This document shows positions 15,849 through 43,262 of a DNA stretch of 64,000 nucleotides, piece by piece. Source of the stretch: the human T2T-CHM13v2.0 reference genome, Homo sapiens; NCBI RefSeq assembly GCF_009914755.1, contig NC_060926.1. One strand, given 5' to 3'. The position numbers and the translations under genes were made by a program. Under the pieces are notes generated by a model, which saw nothing but the letters and a program-made list of their open reading frames with translations, made no database searches and was not told the DNA's origin. Position 1 is the first letter of the stretch; each line of letters opens with the position of its first letter.

Positions 15849-16151
15849 AGGCCGGGCGCGGTGGCTCACGCCTGTAATCCCAGCATTTTGGGAGGCTGAG
15901 GCGGGCAGATCACAAGGTCAGGAGATCGAGATCATCCTGGCCAACATGGAGAAACCCCGTCTCTACTAAAAATACAAAAATTAGCTGAGGGTGGTGGCGC
16001 ACGCCTGTAGTCCCAGCTACTTAGGAGGCTGAGGCAGGAGGATCACTTGAACCTGGGAGGTGGAGGTTGCAGTGAGCCGAGATTGATTGCGCCACTGCAC
16101 CCCAGCCTGGTGACAAAGTGAAACTCCATCTCAAAAAAAAAAAAAAAAAAA
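15849..16151 (+). mobile_element. AluS
   Basis: GGCCGGGCGCGGTGGCTCACGCC... A tail. Confidence 0.92.
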
Positions 16152-16399
16152 CAGTGAAGAGAAGATTCTGTTTAATTGTGGCCATTGCTTGGCTCCTGTC
16201 CTCTCCCAGTACCAACCCTCTATTCTGGTAATCCTAAGGTAAGACCTTGTCAAGCAAAATAAAGGACCTCTCCTTCTATCCCTGAAGTCAGCTTGCCTAA
16301 GTGCAGTTAGATATGCTGTTTTTCCTCTGAAAGAAAAGAAGTACCTAGAGAACAGGTAATAAATAAAGCAGAAAGGTGATTTTTGATTATGCCATGCCT

Positions 16400-17330
16400 T
16401 TGTTCTTATGTACATAATAAAAATTCAAACACTGTAATGAAGATCAAAATGATTTTTAACATCCTCTTCCTCATGCTCCACCCTAAGAAAAGCCCTCTCA
16501 AACCAGCGGCAACCTCTATTCAATTTCTGGTATTTTCTTCTGGGGTAAAAATGTGTACTTACATTTGTGTGTACGTGTACATACACGTTTTGTTAAAGCC
16601 AACAAGGTTGTACAGTATGTTCTTCTGCAGCTTGCTTTTTCGTCTTGGGATATATACAGATGTTGGGATACGTATATCAGCATGTTCAGATCTATCTTAT
16701 TCTTTTTCACCACTGCCTAGTACTCTATCATATGGTTATACTCTAATTTCTTAATGGACACTTAGATGGTTTCCGTTTCTGCTGTGCAAACAAAGCTGCA
16801 ATGAAAATCATACAAATGTTTTTGTTAATTGTTGCAAGTGTATGCGTAGGGTAAATTTTGAGCAGTAGGGTTGCTAGGTCATAGGGCACCTGCATTTTTA
16901 TGTACTAATATTGTCTAATTGTTCTCAGACACAATTATACCCGTTTATACTCTTCTACCAAAGCATATGAGAATGTCTGTTTCTCCACATTCTTATTAGA
17001 ATTTCATGAAACTTAATTTACCTGCTTATCTCAGAGAAGAAATATTTTGACATTCATTTCTTCTGTAAGGTTAAGTATCTTTATTGATCCCTTCTATTTT
17101 TTACATTACATTCCACATTGATTGCCTTTCCTTATTTTTATATTGGTTATTTGACATTTTAATCATGTGAGATGTTGGAAATTAAGGAAACTAGTCATTT
17201 GTCAGTCATATATGTTGCAAAAACCCACTGTGCTTTTTGTTTTGGGGGCTGACGGGAGGGATATGAGGACATTTTTAATGCTTGTATAAACAAACATACC
17301 AATCTTCTTGATGACTTTGGTGTCTACCTG
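16400..17330 (-). mobile_element. Degenerate L1ME-like fragment
   Basis: ATGGACACTTAGATGGTTTCC...GCTGCAATGAA..ATC, GGGTTGCTAGGTCATAGGG motifs. Confidence 0.55.
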
Positions 17331-17669
17331 CAAGGGCTTTACTCTAGTTCCTAGTCACATTCCATTTGTGACTGAAGCTTTCTTAACCACCATCCAAATA
17401 ACCAACTCAGAAGACTGATACTCTGCTTTCTACTTTTGATCTCCCTGGCCTTGTTGACTGCTCTCAATTACGCTAGAGCTCTTCCAGTTCCACAAGTTAA
17501 GCTGTAAGCTTGCTAAAATCAGTTGTGCTTATGTGCTTTCATATGCATACAGATTTATCTTTATTATGTCATTTAATTCTATATTTCATAAGCCAATGAA
17601 ATGAGAGTGTGAAAAGAAGGTTGGGCTTTTGTGAAAGCCTTTAAAAGTGAGTGATTAAAATTTTAAGGA

Positions 17670-19255
<1,586 letters not shown>

Positions 19256-20557
19256 ATAGAAGATATGCAATGGATTCCTCAGAAACAAAAAGGATCATAA
19301 ACTATTATGAACAATTAATTATATGCCATCAAACTGGATAACCTAGAAGACATAGATAAAGTCCCAGAAACATACAACCTACCAGGACTTAATCTAGAAG
19401 ATATAGAAAGCCTGAACAGAACTCTAACAAATAAGGAAATTGAAGTAGCAATTGCTAACAAAAAAAGCCCAGGACCAGATAGTTTCATGGCTGAATTCTA
19501 CCAAACATTCAAAGAGGAATTAATACCAACACTTCTTACACTCTTAAAAAATAGAAGTAGAGAGGATACCTCCAAACTCATTTTATTAGGCCAGCATCAC
19601 CATGATACCAAATTCAGACAAAGACATGATAATAAAACCACAGGTTAATACATCTGATAAACAGATGGAAAATTATTTAATAAAATACTAGCAAACTGAA
19701 TTTCAAAACACATCAAAAAGATTATATACCATGACCAAGTGGGATTTATCCCTGGGATGCAAAATTGGTTTAACATATGCAAATCAATCACTGTGATACA
19801 CATTAACATAATAAAGATAAAAGCTCAACATCCATTTATGATAAGAACTCCCAACAAAATAGGTATAGAAGGAAATTTCCTTAATACAAAAGGCCATTAA
19901 TGAAAGCCCACAGGAAACATCAAAATAAATGAGAGAAAACTGAAAATTTTCCCATTAGTCTGGTACAGGGCAGGGAGGCCCACTCTCACCAGTTCTGTTC
20001 AACAGAGTACTAGAAGAACTAGCAAGAACAATCTCACAAGAAAAGGAAATAAAAGGTATCCAAATAGAAAAGGAAGAAGTGAAATTATCCTGTTTGCAGG
20101 TAACATGTTCTTATATGTAAAAACCCTAAACACTCCACAAAAAACCTATTAGAACTAATAAATCCAGTAAAGTTGCAGGATACAAAATCAACATATAAAA
20201 ATCAGTTTTGTTTCTTCACAGCAATAATGATTACCTGAAAAGGGAATCAAGAAAACAATCCCATTTACAATAGCATCAAAAAGAATAAAATACATAGGAA
20301 TAAATTTAACCAATGAGGTGAAATATCTGTACAATAAAAACTATAAAACATTGATAAAAGAAATTGAAGAAGATATAAATTGGAAATGTATCCCATATTC
20401 ATGGATTGGAAAAATGGTTAAAATGCCTGTGTACTATCCAGAATACAGATTCAACACAATTTCTATGAAAATTCCAAAGGCATCATTCATAGAAATAGAA
20501 AAAATTCTAAAATGTGTATGGAACCAAGAAAGACCCTAAATAACCAACACAGTCTTA

Positions 20558-20917
<360 letters not shown>

Positions 20918-21313
20918 TTATAAGGCTGTCATCAAAATATTACGGTACTGATGTGAAAACAGACACATAGAACAATGGAGCAGAATAGACTCCAAAAATA
21001 AACCTTCACTGATATGGTTAAATGGTTTTTGGTAAGGATGCCAAGACCATCTTTTCAACAAATTAAGCTGGGAAAACTGAAAATCCACATGCAAAACAAT
21101 GAAATTAGACCCTTCCACTATGCACAAAAATCAATTCAAAATTGAATGAATACTTAAACATAAGACCTGGAACTGTAAAAATCCTAGAAGAAAACATAGG
21201 AAAACTTCCTGACATTGGCCTTAACAATAATGTTTTTGGATATCACACCAAAAGGTCTGGCAACAAAAGCAAAAACAAGTGGGATCACATCAAACTAATA
21301 AGCTTCTGAATAG

Positions 21314-21681
<368 letters not shown>

Positions 21682-22130
21682 TTGCAAACCATATATCTGA
21701 TAAGGGGTTAATATCCAAAATATATAAAGAACTCACAACTAAATAGCAAAAATAAATAGCCCAATGGCATAAATAACCCAGTTATTAAATGGGCAAAGGA
21801 CCTGAACATTTTTCCAAAGAAGGCATAAAAATGGCCAACAGGTATGTGAAAAGGTGCCCAATATCACTAATCGTGGAAATGCAAGTTAAAACCACAATGA
21901 GATACTACCTCACACTTATTAAGATAATCATTAAGTGTCAGTGAAGGTGTGGAGAAAAGGCAACGCTTGTACACTGTTGGTGGGAGTATAAATTGGTACA
22001 GCCATTATGGAAAACAGCATAGTTACATCGAAAAAAATAAACACGGAGCTACCATATGATCCAGATATGATAAAAGATAAGAGAGGAAGTATCTCTCTTC
22101 CGGGTATCTTCCGAAAAGGCAGTGAAATCA

Positions 22131-25160
<3,030 letters not shown>

Positions 25161-25614
25161 AGCCTATTATCAAAAATGTACAGGCAGCCCCACCCCCAAC
25201 ATTTCCCATCCTCTTCTCATGCTTTATTTGTGTACCTCACAGACTATATATTTTACTTATTTATTTTGGCTTACAGTCTAATTGTGTACTAGAATATCAG
25301 CTTTAGAAAGGTAGGGATGTTGTATTGCCCATTGCTGTGTCCCCAGTGCCTAGAACAGTGCCTGAAATATAACCCCTTAGATTTTTGGTGATTTTTTTAA
25401 AGCTAGTTCTGAAAGATTCATCAACTGTTTTATTTCAATGAATTGAAGAGTCTGACATAGAAAGGCATTTGTAAACAAACATGGAGAATATGATGAGATG
25501 TTTCTTTAATAGGCGCCAGTAGGCCAATAGAGAAATCCACCAATAAAAAGTAAATGTAAGCTTTCTTTCTTTTTTTCTACAATGTTTTTACTTATTGGTG
25601 ACTCACAGAACTTT

Positions 25615-26935
<1,321 letters not shown>

Positions 26936-27526
26936 ATGAATAAGATACTTTCTAAGCAAAACTTTAGGTTATTAGAACCTTTTTTCTTTCCCCATTATGC
27001 ACTATATTATATTGTGCCAATAACAATACCCAGCTTTAAAAGGGAAATGTAAGCATGCTTTCTTTAGGTTGCATCATAAACTGTTTTCTTTTAGTGACTG
27101 AAAGAGTTTGACACAGGAAGGCATTTTCAAAAGCAAACACTGAGAATGTGTTATCACAATATGTTTCCTTCTCCAATAGGCCCGTTTTTTTAAAAGCCTG
27201 TAGTGGAGATAAAATCCTAAGCAATATTCAGTATCCTAACTGGAGACAGAATCCTAAGCAATATTCAGTAAATTCAATATTAATCAAGGAAAGAAGAAGG
27301 AACCAGGAGCAGATAAATAGCAAGATGTCATATTGAAACCCAGTTATATTGATAATCATATTAAATATAAATAGTCTTTAAAAAAGCAGATCAGAGGTTG
27401 CTGGGGCTGGTGGTAAGCGGAGGGACGGTCCAAAAAGGAACACGAGGAATCTTTTGGCAGTGACACTGTTCTGTTTTGATCATGGTGGTTTTATGGGAAT
27501 ATAAAACTATCAAAAGTAACTCAATT

Positions 27527-29247
<1,721 letters not shown>

Positions 29248-29297
29248 TTAAATGGGTGCAGCTTATTGGAGGCAAATAATTACCGAGAAAATTTGCC

Positions 29298-31005
<1,708 letters not shown>

Positions 31006-31481
31006 AATAAATTCCCTTACATATAAAGATTTCCCGAAGTTGTTCCTTTTATCTTTATGTTCATTCCTGTAGCTTTATAATAAAGTGAGTATTGATAGAC
31101 AAGTAAGTCTGTGCTTTATTTTCTTGGTTTTTCTTATCCTTCCACAAAAAGCCACACCCCATAATAATATTTTTGAGATTTATTTATTGAAATTACATTA
31201 AACCTGTAGATTAATAAGGACATTTACACAAAATGAGGATCCTCTTACAAGAACATGTAACATCTTTGCAAGTATTCAAATCTTCTTTTATGTCCTTCGG
31301 TAATTTTCTTAAGTTTTAAATATTGTTTTTTTTGTAACTACTGAAAGTAGTGGTTGATATTATAAATGGAATTTTAAACTTATATTTCCCAATAAATTAT
31401 TGTTCTGATAAAAAGGAAAACTTGATTTTTTAATATTTTCTTGAGTCTGGTAATGGCTTGTCAATTTTTTTTTTTTTTTGA

Positions 31482-31862
<381 letters not shown>

Positions 31863-32118
31863 TAATGGGTCATGCTTCTCTTGCTGTTTTCTAAATTCTC
31901 TCTTTGTCTTTCGATAGTTTGATTATGACATACTCAGGTGTGGATGTCTTTGAATTTATTCTTCTCGGAGTTCAGTGAGTTTCTTGAACATGTATATTAA
32001 TGTTTTCAACAAATTTGGCAAATTTCAGCCATTATTTCTTCAAATACTCTTTCTACTCTTTTTTTCTCTCCTCTCCTTTTGAGCATCTGATTGTACATAT
32101 GTTGTTACACTTAATGTC

Positions 32119-32632
32119 TGTATTAGTTTTCTAAGGTTACTATAGCAGCGTTTCACAAACTACAGCCTTGAATGGTTTAAGATAGCAGAAATGTGTTTTT
32201 TCACTTTCCTGGAGGCTAGAAGTCCTAAATCAAGGTGTGGGGAGGGCCATGCTCTCTCGGAAGTATCCAGTAGATAATACTTCCTTGCCTGTTCTAGCTT
32301 CTTGGGTTCCATGACAATCCTGGGAATTTCTAACTACCAGATGCTTCACTTTAATCTCTGTCTCTGTCTGTCATATGGCTGCCTTCCCCTTGTTTTTATC
32401 TACATAGTCTTTTCTCTGGGGGTATCTGTCTCTTTGTCCAAAGTTCTCTATCTTGTAAGAACAGCAGTCATTTTGGATTAGAGTCTGCTCTAATGACCTG
32501 AAGTCATTGGACCTTAACTTGATTACATCTGTAAAGACCCTTTCTAAAGGGTCTTTTCCAGGGTCACATTGACAGATACTGGAGGTTAGTACTTCAGCAT
32601 ACCTTTGGGGGAATACAATTCAACTCCTAACA
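32119..32632 (-). mobile_element. MLT1 (MaLR) solo LTR
   Basis: TGTATTAGTTTTCTAAGG...CTGGAGGCTAGAAGTCC.AAATCAAGGTG...CAATTCAACTCCTAACA; TSD ATGTC/GTGTC. Confidence 0.85.
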
Positions 32633-33360
32633 GTGTCCCACAGATCACTGAGGCTATGTTCATTTTTCTTCATTATTTTTCCTTTCTGTTCCTCAGACCG
32701 GATGGTCTTAATTTACCTACATTTAAGTTCACTGATTCTTTCTTCTGCCAGCTCAAATCTGCAAATGAGCTACTCTAGTGAATTCTTTATTTCAGTTATT
32801 GTACTTTTGCATATTCAGAATTACTATTTACTTCTTTTTGTATAATTTTTATCTCTGTTCTCTGTTTAAGACGTCAGTCTTATAGTTTTCTTTAGTAATT
32901 TACATTTGTTTTCCTTGGTTGTTGTTTGTGTGTGTGTGTTTTGTTGTTTTGTTTTGAGACAGCATCTTGCTCTGTCTCCCAGGCTGGAGTGCAGTGGCAT
33001 GATTATGGCTCGTCGCAACATTTACCTCCCACCATGCCTGGGTAACTTTTTTATTTTTTTTGTAGAGACAGGGTCTATCTATATTGACCAGGCTAGGCCT
33101 GAACTTCTAGGCTCAAGTGACCCCCCACCTTGGTTCCCAAAGTGCTGGGATTACAGGCCTGAGCCACCATGCCAGGCCCTCATTTGGTTTTTCAACCAAA
33201 CAGCTGATTTAACGTCTTTGTCTAATAAGTCCAGTGTTTGGACTTCCTCTGGGACAGTTTCTATTGACTGGTTTTTGCCCTGTGTATGGGCTATAATTTC
33301 TTGCTCCTTGTCTAATGTTTTCTTTTTGAAAACTGGTCATTGAAATAATATAATGTGAAA

Positions 33361-33750
33361 TGCACCACGGAATACTGTGCAGCCATAAAAAAGAATGAGT
33401 TCATGTCCTTTGCAGGGACATGGATGAAACTGGAAACCATCATTCTCAGCAAACTAACACAGGAACAGAAAACCAAACACCGCATGTTCTCACTCATAAG
33501 TGGGAGTTGAACAGTGAGAACACATGGACACAGGGAGGGGAACATCACACACGGGCCTGTCGGGGGGTGGGGTGCAGGGATAGGGAGAGCATGAGGACAA
33601 ATACCTAATGCATGCTGGGCTTAAAACCTAGATGAAGGGTTGATGGGTGGATGGGTGCAGCAAACTACTACGGCACATGTATACCTATGTAACAAGCCTG
33701 CGTGTTCAGCATATGTATCCCAGAACTTAAAGTAAAATTAAAAAAAAAAG
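33361..33750 (+). mobile_element. Short 5'-truncated L1PA 3' end
   Basis: GCAGCCATAAAAAAGAATGAGTTCATGTCCTTTGCAGGGACATGGATG...CCCAGAACTTAAAGTA + A tail; TSD ATAATGTGAAA (33350-33360 / 33754-33764). Confidence 0.92.
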
Positions 33751-34020
33751 AACATAATGTGAAAACTTTGGCATTTAGAATCTCCCCTTCTCTAGGGTGT
33801 TTTGTTGTTGCTGTTTGTTGTTGTTGTTATTTGTTTGTTTCACAGCTTTCCTGAGCTAATTCTATGAAGTCTGTATTCTTTATTGTATGTAACTATGGAA
33901 GTCTTTGTTCAGTTATCTTAGTGATCACCCGATGACTGGATAGAGATTTCCCTAAATGCCTGGAAGCAGTAATTCTCCCAGTCTTCGCTAAAAGGCTTTA
34001 TGTGTTTGCTGGGGCACACG

Positions 34021-34063
<43 letters not shown>

Positions 34064-34812
34064 GAGACAGAGTCTCACTCTGTCACCCAGGCTGGAATGC
34101 AGTGGCACAATGTCGGTTGACTGCAACCTCTGCTTCAAGGTATCCTCCTGCCTCAGCCTCCCGAGCGGCTGGGACCACAAACACAGACACATGCCACCAT
34201 GCCTGGCTAATTTTTGTATTTTTGGTAGAGACAGGGTTTCACCATGTTGCCCAGGCTGGTCTCAAACTCCTGAGCTCAAGGGATCTGCCTGCCTTGGCCT
34301 CCCAAAGTGCTGGGATTACAGGCATGAGCCACTGCGCCGGCCTTTCAACATTTAGCCAGGTAATTTACAACTCTGGCTTAGCTTTTCACTTCCTGCTCAC
34401 TAGGGCTTCAGGGTGTTCTCAGATCTTTCCTGACCATCTTTATAGCACTGGTCACATTCATAGCCCTTTGCATGCAAGTGGCCTTCTAGATTCCCTTAAA
34501 TATATCAGAGCTTTTCAAAGACCCTAAGGACTTCTCATCCCCAACTTTTGATTTTGAGATTATTTGTTGTTTTTGTTGGCCTATTATTTACTCAGCTGCC
34601 TCAGGCATCCATAATGTTGTCTTCAGCAAATACCCTGGAAAAAAGCGGTTTGTCCTGAATGAGCTTTGGTTGTGTTGTTGTTGTTGTTGTTGTTTGAGAT
34701 AGAGTCTTGCTCAGTGGCCCAGGCTGAAGTGCAGAGGCGCGATCTCAGTTCATTGCAGCCTTCACTTCCTGGGTTCAATAGATTCTCGTGCCTCAGCCTC
34801 CTGAGTAGCTAG

Positions 34813-34983
<171 letters not shown>

Positions 34984-35652
34984 TGAGCTTTGAATCACGT
35001 CAAATAAAGACAGTTTTGTCCATGGGGTTTTCTAGGGCACCACCAGACATCATGTAGTGACAGTTCTCTGGGAATGGGACTTTGAAGAAGCTGCTACTGT
35101 GTTTTACCTCCTCCAGGGGCTGCCAGGCTGCATTTTTTAAGGCTGTTGTGGAACTAGAAGGAGGGAGATTAGAATAGTGCAAGTTTAAATGCCCTAAAAC
35201 TCACTGCTCTTATCAAGATTCAGCCATTTTTCCTGAATAAACATCTGCCAGATTGTTATATGTCTTTGGCTAATATGCAGAGTTCTGAAAAAACTGATTC
35301 TGAACATTTTTTACAGCCTTTTGTTGCTTCTATGGTGATGATTTTCAGAGATTTTTACTCTGCCATTTCCATCAACTTCTCTCAATACATTGTTTTTAGA
35401 TACCTTATTTTTCAACATACTCACTGAACGGTATTCTGATTGACTATTGGCTGTTGCCAGGAAACCAAAACAATCCTCAGAGGATAAAGATTATAATGAG
35501 AAAATCCAGAGCCCTGTGAAGTAGTGTCTGCCTAAGTACCCAGCTTCATCTCCCACCACTCTTCCATTGTTCTCTGGCATTAACGGTGCTAAGAATAATG
35601 TCCCTAAACTGCACATTTTCCATCTTTGCATTACATTCTTTTAACTTTTTGA

Positions 35653-36110
<458 letters not shown>

Positions 36111-36403
36111 ATTCTTTGAGAGAAACTATTTTTAAAGGAACTATACAAATTTATATGTTTGAAAAAGTATTGTCATAACTTTAACCTGTACCTCATATTT
36201 CTCAAACACATTTTGGAAAATGGGCATTTAAAGTGTGATGAGAAAATTATTTCTTTAAAGGAAACTTGAGGTTTGAGTTATTTTTAACAAAACTCTAATA
36301 ATCTCTAAACCCAGATTTTTTGTATCTGAAATTAATGTAACATTAAATAAAATCTTCTTTATGTATAGGAACAGGTTTAGAATAATAAGTTTTAAGATCT
36401 TGA

Positions 36404-36826
<423 letters not shown>

Positions 36827-36912
36827 TGATCTTTCTACCACAAGGTCTCCTAATACCTTCCCTGCCCCTGGTGTCAAGCAGTAGTCACAGGTATGGGAAC
36901 AGTCACCTAAAG

Positions 36913-37065
36913 ACCAAGTTACTCAATGTGTAGACCACTAATGTCCACTATCAACACACTGCAAGCTTGTTTGTAGGGCAGAATCTCAGGCCCCACCCCA
37001 GGCTTAAACCTTTTAATAAGATCCCCAGGTGACTCATATACATATTAACTTCTAGAAGCATTGAG
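36913..37065. mobile_element. MER5A-like hAT-Charlie MITE
   Basis: GCAGAATCTCAGGCCCCACCCCAG...TTTTAATAAGATCCCCAGGTGA.TCATAT.CA core. Confidence 0.75.
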
Positions 37066-37917
37066 CCTTGGCTCCTACCTTTTTCTTCCCCTGAGTCTCA
37101 GTCTCATCATGGTTTCACCAGTAGGCAAAACCAATGGTGAAATAGTTTCACTTCTGCCTCTCTATTACTCAGTATCATGAACTTGCCTGGAGCCATCAAA
37201 GCTTTTCTGATTTTTTTTTTCTTCCTAACAGTATAAATAAAGAGTATGGGCTACCGAGTAAGACACTGTTCCAGATAATCCTGAACAAAATGATGCATTA
37301 GGTCCTTTGCCCTGAGTAGCCAGAAGTAGGGGGAAAGCCTGGAGGCTTTGGAGAAAGAAATGACTTGTCTCCAACTCATCCTTCCATGTCTCTTCTCTGC
37401 ATACTTCCAACCCCTGCCTTCCCCCATTCTGTTAGTGTGTCCTTCAATTAGCCAATGTGGCTAATCATTTAGTATGAATTAGTTTAAGGTCTTACTCCTC
37501 CCAGGAATATTTGCAAAGAAGGGAAGGGTGGAATTTCAAACATGCGATTCCGGCTCAGAAAAGATTTAGCTGGGTAAAAGGGAGCCACCAAATCACGTGA
37601 AAGTAGGCTTGGGCCGTGGCTCCATTTCAGGAGATCCTAGTCTTCCACTTGTAGCACAAAGGTTATCTTTGCTCCTAGGTCTGTAAAATTTGCATTGTCT
37701 TATAGGTAGTATTGCATGATTTTGAAAACATGTTAGATGATTTACTTTGTGTAAGGCTCATAACTATTCTGTGGGGAAGCTGGCATCATCTTCATTTTAC
37801 AGGACTTAAACTTGTTTGGGGCCTTTTAGCTTCCAAATCAAACTCCAGGCTCCTTGCAATATGCTAATAAAATTGTCTCTCTTATGGGCGTTTCTTTTTT
37901 TTCTTTTTTTTTTTTGA

Positions 37918-38115
<198 letters not shown>

Positions 38116-38228
38116 TGAACTCCTGACCTCAGGTGATCTGCCTGCCTCGGCCTCTCACAGTGCTGGGATTACAGACGTAAGCCACTGTGCCTGGCCATGG
38201 GAGTTTCTTATGACTGGTTTTAGTTTAG

Positions 38229-38474
<246 letters not shown>

Positions 38475-38779
38475 TGATCCGCCCACCTCGGCCTCCCCAA
38501 AGTGCTGGAATTACAGACATGAGCCACAATGACCAGCGTGGTTTTGTTTGTTGATTTATTTTATTTGTACACATTTTTTAAATAGATAATGCTCTCCTAG
38601 ATTCAGTGTTTGAGAAACAAATTCTTCATGATACTCACTCTTCTGAGGGTATTTTCTTTTCATGGCCCAATCTTGTTTCACCGGTACATTCGCTGCTTCC
38701 TCCCTACCATATCATCATGGCCATCACTGTTCTTTTGGAATGCAGGGCCACTTCAGTCTCCAAGAGAACTGATTCTTAT

Positions 38780-39300
38780 GTCGGAATTCTCTCTAAGCCA
38801 ATCTGTTCAGCATACTTTGACACGAATGAATGGCCTCACCAGGGTGGACCAGTTCAGAGAAGGCTGACTAAGGAAGCAAAGAGCCTGGAAATCAGAACAA
38901 GAGAAGATTTTGCAGGCTTGGGACAAGTGTCTTCAATGATTTAAAGGGTTGTGATGTGAAAGAGAGATTATGTTATTTCTTAGGGGTAGAGGTAGATTTA
39001 CTGTGAAGATAAATCTGGTTTAAGCTTTAGGGCTATTGTGTGGCCTCCTTCCAAGACGCTGTACCTAATTTTGAATCTTTAAATTTGTGTTATTCCAACT
39101 AAAGACCTCTTCCCCCACCATCAAATTACAGTATATGAGTTACACAAAAACTGGATATACCCCTATCTGTGTGGAACCAGAGAGCAAACCAGGACCTAGG
39201 ATAGAAGTGAAAATCTCACGTGAGGGTATTTGTTCAATATATTAGTTCAGTAAAAGAAAATCTTTCCATGGGCCAAGACAATGCCACCAGGAAGTGGGTT
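38780..39300 (+). mobile_element. L3/CR1-like relic split by the MITE
   Basis: GTTCAGAGAAGGCTGACTAAG..GCCTGGAAA..GTCTTCAA.GATTTAAAGGGTTGT.ATGTG.AAGAG resembles the CR1/L3 3' region. Confidence 0.5.
38981..39165. mobile_element. MER53/Zaphod-like hAT MITE
   Basis: Terminal inverted repeats TAGGGGTA (38981-38988) / TACCCCTA (39158-39165), 185 bp, AGATTTACTGTGAAG motif. Confidence 0.65.
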
Positions 39301-39624
39301 TTGGTAGGCACCTTCTTTTTTTTTTTTTTTGAGAGGAGTCTCACTCTGTTGCCAGGCTGGAGTGCAGTGGCGCGATCTCGGCTCACTGCACCTCCACCTC
39401 TGGTGTTCAATCGATTCTCCTACCTCAGCCTACCAAGTAGCTGGGATTACAGGCGCCCACTACCACGCCCAGCTAATTTTTGTATTTTTTTAGTAGAGAC
39501 GGGGTTTCACCATGTTGGCCAGGCTGGTCTCAATCTCCTGACCTCGTGATCCACCCACCTCGGCCTCCCAAAGTGCTGGGATTACAGGCGTGAGCCGCCG
39601 TGCCAGGCTGGTAGGCACCTTCTA

Positions 39625-40169
39625 TAGCTACCCACAGTTATTTGTCTCAGCAACATTCTCTCTTTGAGGCTAATAGAATTTGGATTTGTTCAGAAAGTTA
39701 AGGAGAGCCCTTGGTCTCCAGCTCCCAAGGGTGAATCCTGACTGGTCTAAGCCAGTCATGGTATTCTCTTTCCCTATGGCCTTTAATTGGTCTGAGTTAG
39801 GGCAGGTAGTGTAGTTCTGGCCGGAGACAGGGGGTGCTGGTACTTTCTTCTCTGAATTAAAAGACAAGGCTTCAGGTAAAGGTCTTTTTCCCCTTCCCTT
39901 TTATTCCTGAAACTCAAGAAAGCTGGAGATAAGCATCCGTCCTGTGGCCAGTATGCTAGAAGCATGAAAACCAAGGTCAGCATGCTAAGGGTGGCAAAGC
40001 AGAAATGGTAAAGGGGTTTAGGATCCTTACAGCATTGTTGAGGAGCAGAACCAGTACTAATAGCTGCCTACCTCTAGATTACTTATGTGAGAAAAATAAA
40101 CTCCTTATTTTTCAAATAACAGTTAAAATTTCCCATTACTTCCAGCCAAATGCATTTTTCCTTGATACA
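39625..40169 (+). mobile_element. Old MLT1 (J/K-like) LTR
   Basis: CCAGCTCCCAAGGGTGAATCCTGACTGGTCTAAGCCAGTCATGG motif and 3' end ...CAGCCAAATGCAT...TGATACA. Confidence 0.65.
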
Positions 40170-40404
40170 GCTATATTTAAGGAGAGGGCTTTCTCTGTCT
40201 CTGGCAGAAGTCAATTTTCTGGTGAATTTATCACGAAACGTGTGTTACAGAGGGTCCCTATGTCTAGAAGAGAGGATCTGGGGAGACAATGATTTGTTAT
40301 TAGGAATAATTTCACATAATTAGAACATGAACAACTTTCTATGACTTGGGCCCTTAAGTTTCATCCTCCTTTCCTCAAGTCTTCATATTTCCTTTAGCCT
40401 ATAA

Positions 40405-40767
<363 letters not shown>

Positions 40768-41218
40768 TGATAGGAGATAGAAAAAAAGATTGAGCAGGAT
40801 GGATGAAGAGGACACTGTTTTTCAAAACTGGTATGCTTTTCAACAATTTAGGAGAATAAGATATGTTTATAAGTATTGACAGAATTCACTTCCATTTCTG
40901 ATCTGTAATCAGATAAACCAGAACTTTTCAAATGAGTAAACATCAGGTAAACATGGAAAGAGACAGTCTGGACAGGCTGAGGGGATGGCACTGAAGACCC
41001 TGCAGTTTTCCAACTGGCTAATCAGACCCCTGGGAAGAAGGAATGCTTTTCGGGGTACCTGGCCCAGGTGGGTTTGTTTGTTGTTTTTTGTTTTGTTTTG
41101 TTTTTAGACAGAGTTTCACTCGCATTGCCCAGGCTGGAGTGCAGTGCAGAGAAAGCAGCTCACTGAAACCTCCGCCTCCTGAATTCACGCGATTCTCCTG
41201 CCTCAGCCTCCTGAGTAG

Positions 41219-41656
<438 letters not shown>

Positions 41657-42009
41657 TAGATAGAATAGTTTAACGTCCCCATCACCCAGCCTCAGTTTAT
41701 GGCCCATTCTTGTTTCATCTATACCATTGCTGCTTCCCCCTGCCATATCATTTCGTTTTTTTGTTGAGATAAAGATGCAAGATGACCAGCAACAATTCCT
41801 CCCATCCCTGAACACCCATGCTGCTCCTCTCATGAAGAGTGATGAAAATATTCCACAATTAGATTGTGGTTTGTGGTTCTACAACTCTGTGAAAATACCC
41901 AAAGCCATGGAAGTGTACACTTTAAGTGGGTGCATTATATCTCAATAAAGATGTTTTTAAAAGGTGGAGAAGGAAAATTTCTCTATTTTAATAATATTTA
42001 AAGAAAAAA

Positions 42010-42350
42010 AAAGAGGTAGAGTCTCTTTCATCTCCTTGAAACTGGGCGGCCTCTGTGATTTGCTTAAACCATTAACAGGCAGCAGAAGGGACGCTCCGTG
42101 ACTGCTGGGCATAGCCCTTCATAGGCCTCAGAGCTTCTGTTTTCACTGTTTTGCCACACCAGCGGATCTGCAAGAGAGTAGCCCAGGCAGAACTCAGCTG
42201 TTCTTTGCAGCCACCCCAGCGGAGATGCCACACAGACCAGTGAAACCACCTTGGCAGCTCCAGCACCTGTTGAGCTGCCCAGCCAACACCACATGGGGCA
42301 GAGATGAGCTGCCAAGCCTGTCTACTACGTTTTGGGGTGGTGGAGGAGTG
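42010..42350 (+). mobile_element. Old MLT1 (F/G/H-like) LTR fragment
   Basis: AAGAGGTAGAGTCT...CCTTGAAACTGGG..GCC..TGTGATTTGCTT motif typical of MLT1. Confidence 0.55.
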
Positions 42351-42399
42351 GGCAGTGCCAAATCCCGAGAAGAAGCTCAATGAGTATTTGTCTCTTTTC

Positions 42400-43262
<863 letters not shown>

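Noticed and set aside
34000-34527. Longest ORF in the track (175 aa) and the many similar '[11 protein letters not shown]' ORFs
   Set aside because: Antisense Alu translations; no exon structure or non-repeat homology.
38606-38944. 112-aa ORF in apparently unique DNA
   Set aside because: Non-ATG start, no recognisable domain, overlaps an L3/CR1-like relic.
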